From: Bigelowiella natans CCMP2755
Taxonomy: Eukaryota > Protista > Cercozoa
Assembly: GCA_000320545.1 (NCBI GenBank)
Contig: ADNK01000613.1
Coordinates: 1-32,658 of the forward strand
Length of the DNA: 32,658 bases
Direction: 5' to 3'
Shown here: piece by piece, positions 1 to 11,684 of the stretch
Position numbering within the stretch: the stretch's first letter is position 1
Layout: the number at the start of each line of letters is the position of its first letter
Notes under the pieces: model-generated
Database searches by the model: none
What the model was told of the DNA's origin: nothing
Seen by the model: the letters and a program-made list of their open reading frames with translations, nothing else
Program-made: the position numbers and the translations under genes

Positions 1-220
1 TTTAAAACCAGAAATTTTGATGGTGGGGGGGAGATTTCCCAATTTTGATCCTCTTCCCCCTTTTGGTGGGGGGGGGGTTTTTCCAAGCCATGGGTATGGG
101 GGCCAACTTTTAAAACCCCGGTAGGCCCTTGGGATTCCCAAAAGTGCTCCCCAAATAAAACGGCCCGGGGGGGGAGAAAAAAAATTTGTGCCCCCCCCCC
201 CCCCCCCCCTCCCCCCCGTT
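1..220. other. Probable low-quality contig-end sequence
   Basis: Almost every base lies in a short homopolymer run up to a poly-C tract, which is typical of degraded read ends. Confidence 0.6.
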
Positions 221-233
221 ATACAATTCTCAG

Positions 234-649
234 GACATGCTGAAAAGCCTGGAAGAAGAGGTGCGAGAGAAGACGCTGGAAATCGAGGAAACGCGGAAAA
301 ACGTGCGGGCAGAGGCGGCCGCTGAGTATGCAAAGGTGAGAAGAAAAGGTGGTGTGTTGCTGCCGCTCCCACTTCCTGATCGCCCTTGTCGCTACTGCAG
401 GAGCTCCAAGCAAAAGAGCGCCGTCTCAACAACCTAGTGAAGGAACTTCAGGAGGCCCAAAGAAAACAGCAGAATAACCAAAAGCAGCAAGGAACGACTA
501 GTGTCGGTGAGGACTCCGCGCTGGGAAGCAATGGTGAGAGTTAGATATGGTGTCATGGTGTGCATTCGGTGCTGGAAGAGCGACTGCGGTGATGGTGGTG
601 AAAGCCATAGTCGCGCAGAGGAATGATAGCAACACCGATATATGTATTT

Positions 650-688
<39 letters not shown>

Positions 689-1488
689 TTTATATATGAG
701 AGCGTCAATGTGTGCATATAATGTGTGTATATATGCGGGCAGTACCATTTTACTTGTCATCATGGCTAACAACTGTCGTCGTCGATAGGAGGTAACATCG
801 TGGGTGACGACATCAACACGCTGAAGGTGCTTAAAAGAGAAGTCCAGACTGTGAAGGAAGAGGTACTACTTCTTCGATACGACTGTTGCAAATCACAATC
901 AAAGCTTGATTCGAGCTTTCACTGTCCTTTCCCCCCCCTCCTTCTCTTTCTTTCTTTCTCCGTCTCTTTTCTCATTTTCTTCTCGTACCAAAAGTGAACG
1001 CGATGATAAACCCCATCTTTTGTCCTTCCTCCTCCTCCTCCTCCTCCTCCTCCTCTTCTCCACTCTTATAGGTCCGTGCAGCAGCGAAGCCTATGTACGA
1101 AGAGCAAGGATTGGTGCCCTTGACTGTGACCGACGTGATCGAGGTCGGAGACCAGCTTGCTATCATCGATGGAGGTAATGACGATATTCGTAGTGCTGTA
1201 GCGGTAAGGAGGAGGAGGAGGAGGGCTTGCGTCTAGTTCGTGGATTTCCATTTGCCCGCTTTTTGATGTACTGGTGACGAGCACATGCACCTCCCGACCT
1301 CCCTTCTCCCCCCATCTCTTCCTCCTTTATGCTGATTTCTTCCAGGTACGTTCGACAAGAGGATTGCTAGCGTCACGAGGGTGAGGGGGAGGAAGGTAAA
1401 ATCATGGCTACCTCTTGCAACTGAGGAGTCTCCCTGTCTGTACACATACATATCCGCATTATTATGAAAATAAAAGTATAAATATATA

Positions 1489-1534
<46 letters not shown>

Positions 1535-2266
1535 TTCTACGTCCTATCTCTATCATCCAGATCGACGTAACGATCACGCGGGGCCGAATTCCCTTCCAGC
1601 TTACCCTCGACCGCAGCGCACTTGCATACCCCTCGGAAAAGCGACTGAAAATGTCTCCAACCGTGCAGGCCTCCCCTGCTGCCAGCACTCTGGGGGGGGG
1701 GGTAGGCATGTTTGCCAATGTGGTTCACAGGCAAGCGAAATCTATGAAGGCCAAGGAGAAGTCCGCTGCAAAGAATAGCAAGAAGGCTCTGGCTGCTGCT
1801 GCTCAGGATCAGCAGCAGCTACGAGGCATTCGTACGCCGGGCAACACCGTGGATGTTAGAGGAATGTCGCTACCAGATGCTAAGGAGGACGTCGTCAACT
1901 TCATCTCTGATTTTCGCAAGTCAGGGGAGCAGGTGTGGGAAGCGAGAGGCGACAGCAGCACTCACATACTAATCGATAAGAAGCAAACTGTAGTAGGAAA
2001 TGCGCATACGACGAACTCGTTCATCACCATTTTCTGACACAGGAGCGACTCGCTGTTCGTGGATGTTTCCCCTGCATGATCTGAGGGATCAATATTCATT
2101 TTAGGTAGCATATATCGCACATGGCCATGGTACGGGTGAGGAGATGGGTGTGCTCAAGAATGGCCTCCGTGAATGGCTCCAGAGCGGTAAAGCTCCGGTC
2201 AGTGTGTTCGAGCCAGCGGCAATGGAAGATGGAGGGGATGCTTTTACAATCATTGCTTTGAAATAA
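234..2266 (+). CDS. mutS2: MutS2-like protein, 3' part (coiled coil + KOW-like + Smr endonuclease domain); 5' end lies outside the window
   Basis: Phase-consistent GT-AG exons: 234-335, 401-506 (or 533), 789-862, 1072-1174, 1346-1395, 1561-1932, 2105-2266. They give a coiled coil (EEEVREKTLEIEETRK...ELQAKERRLNNL), a KOW-like segment (IEVGDQLAIIDGG...IDVTI) and Smr motifs (TVDVRGMSLPDAKEDV, VAYIAHGHGTG..GVLKNGLREWL, EDGGDAFTIIALK*). This domain order matches the MutS2 C-terminus. The ATPase domain is not in the window. Confidence 0.8.
652..682. repeat. (AT)n intronic microsatellite
   Basis: Perfect AT run inside a MutS2 intron. Similar runs occur at ~1498-1528, 10422-10456 and 23807-23835. 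Confidence 0.95.
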
Positions 2267-3192
2267 CCATGACCAGGCGTAGGTCTGTGCGTGCGGCATG
2301 GTGAATGCAAGCCTTGTGTCACTGTTGTTTGTGTGCACCACTTTAGAAACTAATCATTGTTACCATTATTATCATGATGTGCGAACCTTCTAATCGTGTT
2401 GAAGTGTTGTTAAAGCTCAGGCATATGAGATATCTTGTTATGTGATAATAACTTGTGTCTCTATATACACGAACACGCAACATGTGCGCACGCAGCATGA
2501 CAAGAGTGACTTAATGATAATACATTCACATGCATGATTGACTATGTGACATGATGGCGGAAACAGCCAAATACAACTTAAAAGCTGTGGCCGCAGCCAT
2601 TACATTGCAAAGCACACAGCTAGGATGACAATTGATCAAATGTAATCTTTTTCATTATTCATGTCCGTTTCATGCACGTTACGCGCTGCACACACAAGCT
2701 AGCATGACGCATATGGGACGGATGTCAACAAATGAAAAAGCTATAAGAAAGATTACATTTTATCAATGGCAATCCTTAGCAATTAGGTGTAGGTAGCTAT
2801 CTAGCTAGCTATGGCAAGCAGCGCATAGCGCATATCTAGATATGTCTAGACATCATCTAAACACAAATTCACATAAAAATGCACGCTAATATGTAAATTG
2901 TACATCATCTCATATGCTATGCATATGACAGTTGCAGCCCCCCATAATCATGACACGCTACACGTCTAGTCCATCTAGACATATCCGGCAAATCGCCAAG
3001 CATGCTGCTAGTATGTACACCTCACGTGCGTAGACCAGCATGGTAATATAGCATGCGTTTATTTCGAATATGCAGTAGAGCCTTTGCCTACTGTAATTAA
3101 CATTTTATTGGCTATTTGTATTAGAATAGAACTGTTGCTGAGGTATCACCTTGCATACATCGCATTCATCACACACACATTTTTTGGTTCAT

Positions 3193-4705
3193 CTACTGTG
3201 CGCGGAGATATTCTGCCACATCAGCGTCAATGGCCCATCTTTCCAAAGCTGTGACGGTCGTCACATATCCTTTCTTAAGCGCCATAACATCCTAAATTCG
3301 AGCACGTGTTCAAATTTAAAATGACTGAAAATGAAACGTGCTTGACAACGATATAAAACTGAATGTCACCATGCTGAGCGTATGTGGAGCTACCTTGTTG
3401 CTAGCAGCTTTCGTCATGCCGTTGAAAGCATCCTGGAGCGACGAAGCAGACGACTTCGATGCATCGCTAGTAGAGATCTCAGTTACCTTGTCCTAGTAGA
3501 GTATTGAGAGAGGGAAGAGGGAAAATTGGGTGGAATAGTGGCAGAAAGAGGGGAGCGGCAATGCGATTAGTTGCGTGAACAAATCATGTAGACATCGGGA
3601 GTGGGGGGGGGGGGGGGGGGAGGCGAGAGATAAGATGGAGGAGGACGATAATGGAGAGACGATGACGACAATGCCGGCATAAATCCAACGTCCTTAGTGC
3701 ATTAAAGACATCATCGTGAAATTTTGAGGAGGGAAGTGTTACCATAAGAGGCTGGATCCAGCCGCCGGTACCTCCTTTATCAGGCGAGAGAGATGTAGAG
3801 ACTTCGATCAAGTTCTTCTCGGAGATGGCTTTTCCTAAGGGTGAGCGAGGAGGAGAGAAGAAAAGAAAAGAGATATAGTAGGAACAACACAAAATGTTAA
3901 ATAGTCATCATTGTAGGAACTTTCTTTTTAAACCCCCTTCTGATATTTTGTGGTCTCATGATTCAACCAACCTAAGTCAGCAAGACGAGCTACCGCGCGC
4001 GTCACAGGAACAAGTTCAACTCTAGCCTTCTTGTTTGTGATTCCTGACAATGATACATTTTATCACTCTAGTGTTTTACTACGGAATAGATGCTGCCATT
4101 CACTACTGCACGGGCAAACCTTCAGCACGGAGAAAGTCCGACTCCAACTTCTTCTCCTCCTTTATTCTGTTATGCAGATGTATAATTTCAGGATTGTAAA
4201 TTGTATACATGCTAAAGAAAACTTAACCTTTCTGATCTCCTGGCCTTAGCTTTTTCCAAAAGTTCTGCATCGTCGTCATCCTGAAGAGATTCATTTTACA
4301 TCAACGTACTCCACTCAGCTCTGGCATTGGTTCATTATTTTTTCCATCTTTTATCTTTATCATGTTCTTTCTGTCCTTACTGGAAGAATTGCCATTGCAT
4401 TTCGAGCAGCCAAGATGGGAGCTGCAATGCCCAAGCTGCCAGCCACCGCCCTACGTATGATACAAATTGAATTTCAACAGATCCTTAATGCAATGCTTTC
4501 TCTCGAACAAATATATGGATGCAGTAATTTACCGGCGTCCAACAGACCCATCAGCTCGTGCGCATGCAGCAACACGGCCGAGAGGGCGCACAGCTGGCGA
4601 CGTCACCCCCCTCCCAAGTGGGGTGGAGGATCGATGTCCATTCCATAAGGTAATGAGAAGCACGGCGTTCAGCGCGACACTAGCTACTACAGCAAACGAC
4701 CGCAT
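3193..4705 (-). CDS. MPH2: Thylakoid lumen 16.5 kDa protein / MPH2 (Maintenance of PSII under High light 2) homolog, 234-aa precursor, 8 exons
   Basis: Exons (-): 4705-4533, 4450-4381, 4280-4228, 4166-4120, 4043-3972, 3834-3743, 3492-3394, 3291-3193, total 705 nt, all GT-AG and in phase. The mature part ILPDDDDAELLEKAKARRSER...LADLGKAISEKNL...GWIQPL...ISTS...DVMALKKGYVTTVTALERWA resembles plant TL16.5/MPH2 as I recall it (ILEADDDEELLEKVK...VGQAIE...EWVK...AFEKW). The ORF track misses it because the exons are short. Confidence 0.8.
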
Positions 4706-4977
4706 CTTTTTGAAACTAATCCCTTTTAGATAAGAAACACTATTAGACCATGAGTGTCTGTCTTGTGATCATTTGCAACAAACATTGCTAATTTCTTCTG
4801 ATTCTCTCTCTGCCCCTCTCTCTCCTATTCTCGATGAGCGGGTCCCAGCTCCCTTCTCTTCATTTCAAAATTTTATTCGAATCAAAATCATCACTATCTC
4901 TGCCACTTCCTTCCTTCTGAACGTCTCATTGATTCCCTCCTCCCACCACGAATCCACCCCCTCAAGAGCGCACCTCG

Positions 4978-6879
4978 ATGAAAAATGGTTCTTTACAATA
5001 CGTCAAGACATGTGGGATGACGCACAAGCTGTCCACAGGGCTTTTCCGAAATATCGATAATGTTGAACTGTTCTATATTTTATATGCTCGACAAGAGCAA
5101 ATGGATGACGTAGCTTGGTTTTGTCGAATTCCTTCATAAAGTTTCCGTCTCTGCTCGAAGTTCTTTTACTGACGGACGTCCTTGATTGGACAGTAAGCGA
5201 CATTGTCAACTTGCGGATTGTTTTTGCAGAATGCTCATAACAAAATGCAAAATTCAGAAGTGCCGATAGAGCCGTTGGCATAATTTCAGAAGTGGATGAA
5301 AACGGACAAAAGCTTTGTTCTTCCGCTCCATTTTTGGAAGCCAATAATAATTCTTTCAACAGACTAATCCAGATCTACGAGTAGGGTTGTTGTGTAAATG
5401 TGCAAATGTACCCCTTAAACTACCAGAAAATACTGTCTGAGCCATTCCTCAAAAGAAGTAATCGAGGTTTTTAATTGAAAGTTAGCATATTTTTCACTAC
5501 ATTTTCCATTTTGCAAAACTGCGATACGTGTTTTTTGAGTCTGAAATAAAAACACGTGACTGTACCCCCCGCATAAGGGTCATGTGACCCTTCTCGTACG
5601 TATTCCTACACCAGCTGCCAATAATTGATGGAGCTAAAATGAAAGATGTAAACGAGTTACTTTTGTCAGATATTTTTCGGAAGAAAACCGTGTTACATTT
5701 TGTTCCACTTGCAAGCCGTAGTCGCTGAAGTGAAATCCTATGCAAGATAGGTGTTCAACTCACTGGTGGTGAACAATGTTAGCATGAAACTCGGTCAAGA
5801 TCCACAAGCCAACTCGGATAGTTTTAACTCCCCTAATTTCACAACATCGGTTCGAAAATGTGCAGTCGCAGGCAGATAATTCGAGGATATCCCCAACATA
5901 AACCTAGGAAAGGATGGGCATTTTTTGGGCTTGAAAACTGTGCCTTGGTTTGATGTGGAGAAGTTGGACATCGGGGTCGATAAAAATAGCAGTCTTTACG
6001 CAGAAAACATGCAATAAACACTTCATTTTTTAGCCCCTCTTTTTGCTTGGCTTACACAGCCTAAAATTAGGTTAAATGTAATTCTATTACAGAATACGAC
6101 AAGGTCCTGAGGGGATTTAGAGGAGATCAGGAAATCAGGAAATCCTGAAAATCGCTGCCTTCCACTGAAGCCCTCCACACAAAACATTTTTCCAGCCTGG
6201 GAGCCCCCGTCTTCGTTCCCGAGCTCTCGAGAACAGCACTTTCTCTTTTTACATCTCACAGTCAATAGAATGGTTTTCATTGAGACCTACACAACGCCAT
6301 GGCCAGGTGGTAACGCCTGACGAGTATTGACCGAGACACAGATAACAACACTACTATTTCACGAGCTTGACAGAACGAACAGATACTAGAAAAATGAAAT
6401 CCTCGCAGGAACGGGAGGTGGGTGTTGCTCATCCCAGGCCTGTTTATGCGATGCTTAGCAAGGATGAATGCACGCGGTCCGCATGGAACTGCAGTCGTTC
6501 CTGCGACAGCAAAAGCAGTAGCACTGCCTCCATATCCACGCACAGTAACAGCGGAAACAAACGTTTAAGAGAGCCCACCGCCCAGCAAACCAATCATCAC
6601 CCAAACAAAAAAATCCGCAATCCCACATCAAAGGGGATGACAGCCTCATCCGGGGATTACATCAAATCACCGGCAGCCCACCAGGAGTTCATAACTCCGT
6701 TAATGATTTCTGCACCCGCTAATATGGAATCCGGGATAAAAACTCCCGTCAATGGTTCACCGAAGAACTCAACAAATGTAGACACGAAGCCATCTATCAA
6801 TGGTGGACAGCCTTGCTCTATGATAGATGGTAGCGATAGATCACAAGATGTAAAGCCCGTCCTACCACGCACAGAATGA
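4978..6879 (+). CDS. Hypothetical multi-exon protein with a possible N-terminal RGS (regulator of G-protein signalling) domain and a disordered C-terminus
   Basis: Tentative exons: 4978-~5109, ~5161-5192, 5230-5273, 5363-5380, 5427-5457, 5615-5689, 5751-..., with the last exon ending at 6879. They give ELFYILYARQEQMDD..LLLTDVLDW..LIQIYEKYCLSHSSKELPI..KDVNELL..KTVFNSLVVNNVSMKL, which follows the RGS helix pattern. Several junctions (5109-5161 and 5870-6370) are not uniquely resolvable. Confidence 0.4.
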
Positions 6880-7422
6880 GACGTAAGGTCATGGGGTTTC
6901 GAGAATGTTCTGATTGTTCAGAATGCAATCTTAAGAAATCTAGGAAGCGTTGTAAGGCAACGATACGACACGCTGCTTTGTAGGAAGCAGTTGAACTAGG
7001 TCTTGTTCTGTTGAAGATTCAAGAAACCTACATTAATCTAGAAAACCCAACCAAATGTGATCATTGAAAACAAGCTTCTATCAATTCACAATGAGCAATG
7101 TGCACAATTGTGCAGATGTGCATCTCTCATATCCAATCATTTTGGGTCAACGCACTGAAAATGATCATGCGTACTATGCGCATGATCGCATTGCTAGATT
7201 GCGCCAGAGCAAAGCACGCTATCAAGCATTGAAACGCAACCAGCAATCAAATTGTGCGTGGTTCATTGGGCATGAGAGGGCACTTTATTTTGTGAATGTC
7301 GGCACAACCATGCAAGTCCATGAAAAATGCCCTGATGCCCAATGAACCACGCAAGTTCAGATGGAATGTCCTGATTGTCTGTCTAATCTGATGACACCTA
7401 ACAACCAGCAACGCACCATGCA

Positions 7423-7499
7423 GCACGCGCTAGCACGCTAGCACGCTAGCACGCTGTGGCACATGCTAGCATGGCACGCTACGCTAGCACGTCGCTAGG
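7423..7499. repeat. Degenerate tandem repeat of the 8-mer GCTAGCAC
   Basis: Three perfect units at 7429-7452, followed by decayed copies. Confidence 0.85.
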
Positions 7500-8368
7500 T
7501 CGTGTAGCCATGCAGCATGAACCACTCGCACCGTCACCAGCATGCACACTTTGCGCACACCGAGCTTGCTCGATCACTGCTGCTTGTGTGCTCGGCATGC
7601 ACATGCATCTATCTAGCTAACTGCTAGCTAGACAGGAAAATCATCTTCATTGCTAGATTGCTGCGGCGATGACGTCTACGCTGTGGACGTGAGGCAAATT
7701 GTATTACATTTTGCATGGTGCACACACAGCCACACACACACACATGCGCCAGCATGCTAGCATGGCCTTGCGTGTCTAGTTGTGATCATCGTCCAGTGGT
7801 CTGGTGGTGTTGGTTGGCGCGCGGGCTGTGGTTCATTGCACATCTAGACATGCGCACAGCTAGACAGCTCCAGCCAGAGCTGCGTGCGATCAACCGCAGA
7901 AGTTCTTGTGCATTCTGAGGCAAATGACTTGCTTGAGCAAGCTAGCCAGCCACCAGAGCCAGCTGTGAAGTCCAATGTTTGGAGCTTGATGTTCGATCAA
8001 ACTTGGCGCATGCAGAGCCTGAGATGCAAGTCCAAAGTTTGGCTCGATCACTTGTTTTTTCGATCCTGGCTTTTGCCAATGAAGCTTGATCAGAAACCGG
8101 ACACCATGCATGACACGTTGCGTGCATTCTGACGCGTTTGTGCGAATGGAGAACAACCAGGAAAACTCATCGAAAGAAAGGAAAAAAAAAGAAAGAAAGA
8201 AAGAAAGAAACTTTGCGAAGTGAAATCGTCTCGTAGTCATCTTTGTGCATGCCAAAATCATTCCACACGTTCACTTTCATCGCTGAGTCTTCACAAAAAC
8301 ATCATCAGAATCGAAAGAAAAGAAAGAAAGAAGCTGTGATGATCGACAACGTTTCCAAAGTGTTGCAT

Positions 8369-8575
8369 GACACTTGCAAAGTGCGAAACGCAGGGCCTCG
8401 AGCCAAAAACAGCGAGGACCGAAAGTGTTGGTCGCAGTGAGTGAACAATGAGAACAATGAGAACAACGATGAAAAACCACATTTGTGACAAGACACTTGC
8501 AGTGTGCGAAATGCAGTGCCTCGAACTGGCTTCAGTGAGGACTGAAAACTGTGCCTCGAACTAACTTTAGTGGGC
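8369..8575 (+). repeat. Degenerate ~58-bp direct repeat (two copies plus a partial third)
   Basis: 8369-8426 GACACTTGCAAAGTGCGAAACGCAGGGCCTCGAG...AGCGAGGACCGAAA aligns with 8492-8549 GACACTTGCAGTGTGCGAAATGCAGTGCCTCGAA...AGTGAGGACTGAAA. GTGCCTCGAACT occurs again at 8551. Confidence 0.8.
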
Positions 8576-9023
8576 TAGTGAGAACTAACTAGTGAAACAA
8601 AAAGGAATCAAGAATGGCATTCTAGTCACTCCTCCATTCCTAGTTTCATTGTCTTTTGTGCCTGATCTGAAGAAAGTGATTGGATCTGAATGAAAACGTA
8701 TCGCAAAAAAGGAGTAACATCCTAGGAGGACATCTGCGATTTTCACTCTGCGTCAATGGTAATGGCGTATCTGTCTGCTACCAAAAGCAACAATGCAGCG
8801 TAACGACGGGTGATCATTGATAAAAAATGCTAAAAATAGAGCTAAACGACCAGCTTTTCTGCCGAAACCGCAGGCCTTTTCTGCTGTACTACTGCAGAGG
8901 GCGTGCTTCGACATCAACCCAGCCATTATTATCTATCACCTAATGCTAGTTGCACCGCCATCTGCCTGAAGAAAGGGTGCGCCCCACGCGAAAGATTGTT
9001 GACTGCCTGTGCAATTGGAAGCG

Positions 9024-10419
9024 ATGCAGGATCTTGTGGTAGGGTTTCGAGCCCGCATTTTCTTTTTCTCCATCCTCGCATGTAGCTTCAAGCTGGTAGT
9101 GACCTCGGAGGTAGACAAAGCCTCAATGTGGGACCAACTCAAGGAGCCCCCAGCGTCCAAAATGAAAGATGGGAGCGATTATGTGCACAAGATAGGGACT
9201 CATTATCACTTGAACATGGACCTCATGAGAAAATCACTAGAAGAAGGTCTCCTTCACTTTGCACCAAGGCTCTGAACGTAATCAATCTAAACTGGATCAC
9301 ATTAGGTGTAATTTCCTTACCATTGAACGATGGAAGCTTTGTGCGCTTCACGGTCAGAGATACCACAACCGAGGTTTGTCCCTTCTAATATTGATCTAGG
9401 GTCTTTTCCTCCCAGAATGCACCATTTTTCCTGCTAAATTCTCGTTGAATCACAATTCCTCAAGTTATTCTTTGAATGCGTAGATCATGCATCCAGATCT
9501 GGCCCGTAAATTCAGTGGCATTAAGACCTACCATATTAAGTCGCTTGATTCGCAAGTGGTGGCTAATGGGGATGTTTCCCTATCGATTAGCAATGGTTTC
9601 CACGCGCAAATCGTGTGCTATAAATGTGGCCATGTATACATCGACCCGCACTATGGATCTACTCGTTACTACACCTCGTACTCTGTGCATGAGAACTCAA
9701 AAAAATTTCAGAGTAAAATGCATCATTCTTGCCACAGTGGAATGGATGATGATAACGAAATCGAGAACCCAGACGGCACAGAATCAAAGCATCATCACCA
9801 TCACCATCACAGGCGTCATCATAGACAGCTTGTGGCACCACAAAACCTGGTCAGCCACATCCAAGTTCCCACCCAGTCGAACAATAGAATCTACCGCATT
9901 GCAATAGCCGCAAATGCTGACTATTGCAGATTTTTCGGGAATTCCGTTAACTCCTGCTTAGCCGCAGTGGTGACGTGCATGAATCGTGTGAGCGGTATCT
10001 ACAAGCGCGAGCTAGGAATTGGGCTGCAGTTGGTGGCTAATAGTGACCGACTGCTTTGCATCGACTGTCCACACATCTCTTTTTTCGGATCTGGACAAGA
10101 GGCCCTAGCGAATGACGCTAACGATGCGCTTCAGCAGGTAACAGGGTTCATCAATCGTCGCCTGAGCGGCAGCTCTGCTGACAGCACGGACTACGATATT
10201 GGGCACGTCCTTACCACGGCCCCGGGTGGAAAAGCAGCGAGAGGGGTCTGCAGCAACATTAACAAGGCGATTGGAACTACCGGAGCGCAAGATCCGCAAG
10301 GAGACGCATTTTGGGTGAGTTACGTCGCCCATGAGATAGGTCACCAGTTTGGCGCTCGCCACTCTTGGAACGGCAATCAAAAGTTCTGTCGCTTCTCCGA
10401 CTGGGACTCCAGCACCGCG

Positions 10420-10458
<39 letters not shown>

Positions 10459-11080
10459 CTTACTCTCCCTAATCTCACACAGTATTTGTTGGCACTATCT
10501 AATTGATGATATCGTTGGCCCCCCTTCCTTCTTTTCCCCCTTGCATGATGATTTTCTTGGGCGAAAAGGTATGAGCCTGGAAGTGGAAGCACGATCATGT
10601 CTTATGCCGGGATATGTAGTGACTCGGTGTTTCTAAGGGGTGACAACATCCAGCAGAACAGGTTGCTTGCTCATTCTAAGCCCGCCACTCTATAATTTCA
10701 CCGCCGCCGTTTTTCTCTCACCCGCTATGATGAATTTGTCTAACGCGCTCTACCCCATACCACCACCACACATGCACGCACAGCGATAGCTATTTTCACC
10801 TGGGAAATCTCGACGAGATCCAGACCTACATCGCTACGGACACAGTTGGCAGCTCGTGCGGCAATGTGATCTCCTCATCCAACAACATGCCCACCGTGAA
10901 CGTCTCAGCCTTTAATATCAACATCCCAAAGACACAGCCCTTCGTCCTCGTTCCAGGCCATGGTGCTGACGCCGATTCAGATACGCTGCTCTGGTCGTGG
11001 GAGCAGATTGACCTGGGTTTCGCTCAGGCGCCGCTCGCCTCGCCCATTTCTACCGGTGAGACGAAGAGAACTAAAATGCT

Positions 11081-11134
<54 letters not shown>

Positions 11135-11643
11135 CGTGTCGGTGATTTAGTGTAACGATCGTCGCATATGCTGGTGATCATAAAGTTCGGCGGATACGTG
11201 TTTCTTCTTCTTCCTCCTCCTCCTCTTCTTCTTCTCCTTCCTCAATTCACAAGGATATCAAGTACAATCTTATCCCCTCTCGTAGGTACGCCTCGATTCC
11301 GTAGCTATCCGCCAACCACAGCGAAGGAGCGTTTCTTCCCCAACTTCATTTGCTACCGCGACACATGTGACGATCTGATATGGGAGCAGCTACCCACTGC
11401 GGCGGGGACAATGAACTTTGCCGTGACAGTGCGTGACCACTTCAACCCGGCGTCGGACGTAGGGTATGGCTCCTGGGATGCTGACCGTATGCAGGTAGTA
11501 GGTGTCCTAAGAGAGACAGAGACGACAAGAAGAAAGAAAGATATGATGGGGATAATGCTGGTGATGCTGATGGTGATTATGCGTGAGATTCCGAATCGAG
11601 TTTGTGACTATACAGAGCAACCGATCTAAATACAACCACTATC

Positions 11644-11684
<41 letters not shown>

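Noticed and set aside
1-220. G/C-run-rich start as a G-quadruplex or telomeric element
   Set aside because: The homopolymer pattern is more consistent with a low-quality read end, and there is no telomeric repeat unit.
3371-3496. Plus-strand mini-ORF MLSVCGATLLLAAFVMPLKA... resembling a secreted peptide
   Set aside because: It is antisense to MPH2 exon 7 and is explained by the minus-strand gene.
5648-5750. Nucleomorph-like ultrashort introns (22 nt at 5648-5669, 21 nt at 5730-5750; also 22 and 17 nt near 6071-6120) that keep frame
   Set aside because: Conventional alternatives (a 61-nt intron 5690-5750 and a 60-nt intron 6071-6130) keep the same downstream frame and fit the RGS pattern equally well. 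RNA-seq would be needed to revive this.
7423-8575. Repeats as a CRISPR-like array
   Set aside because: There are no regularly spaced identical repeats with unique spacers, no cas genes, and the context is eukaryotic.
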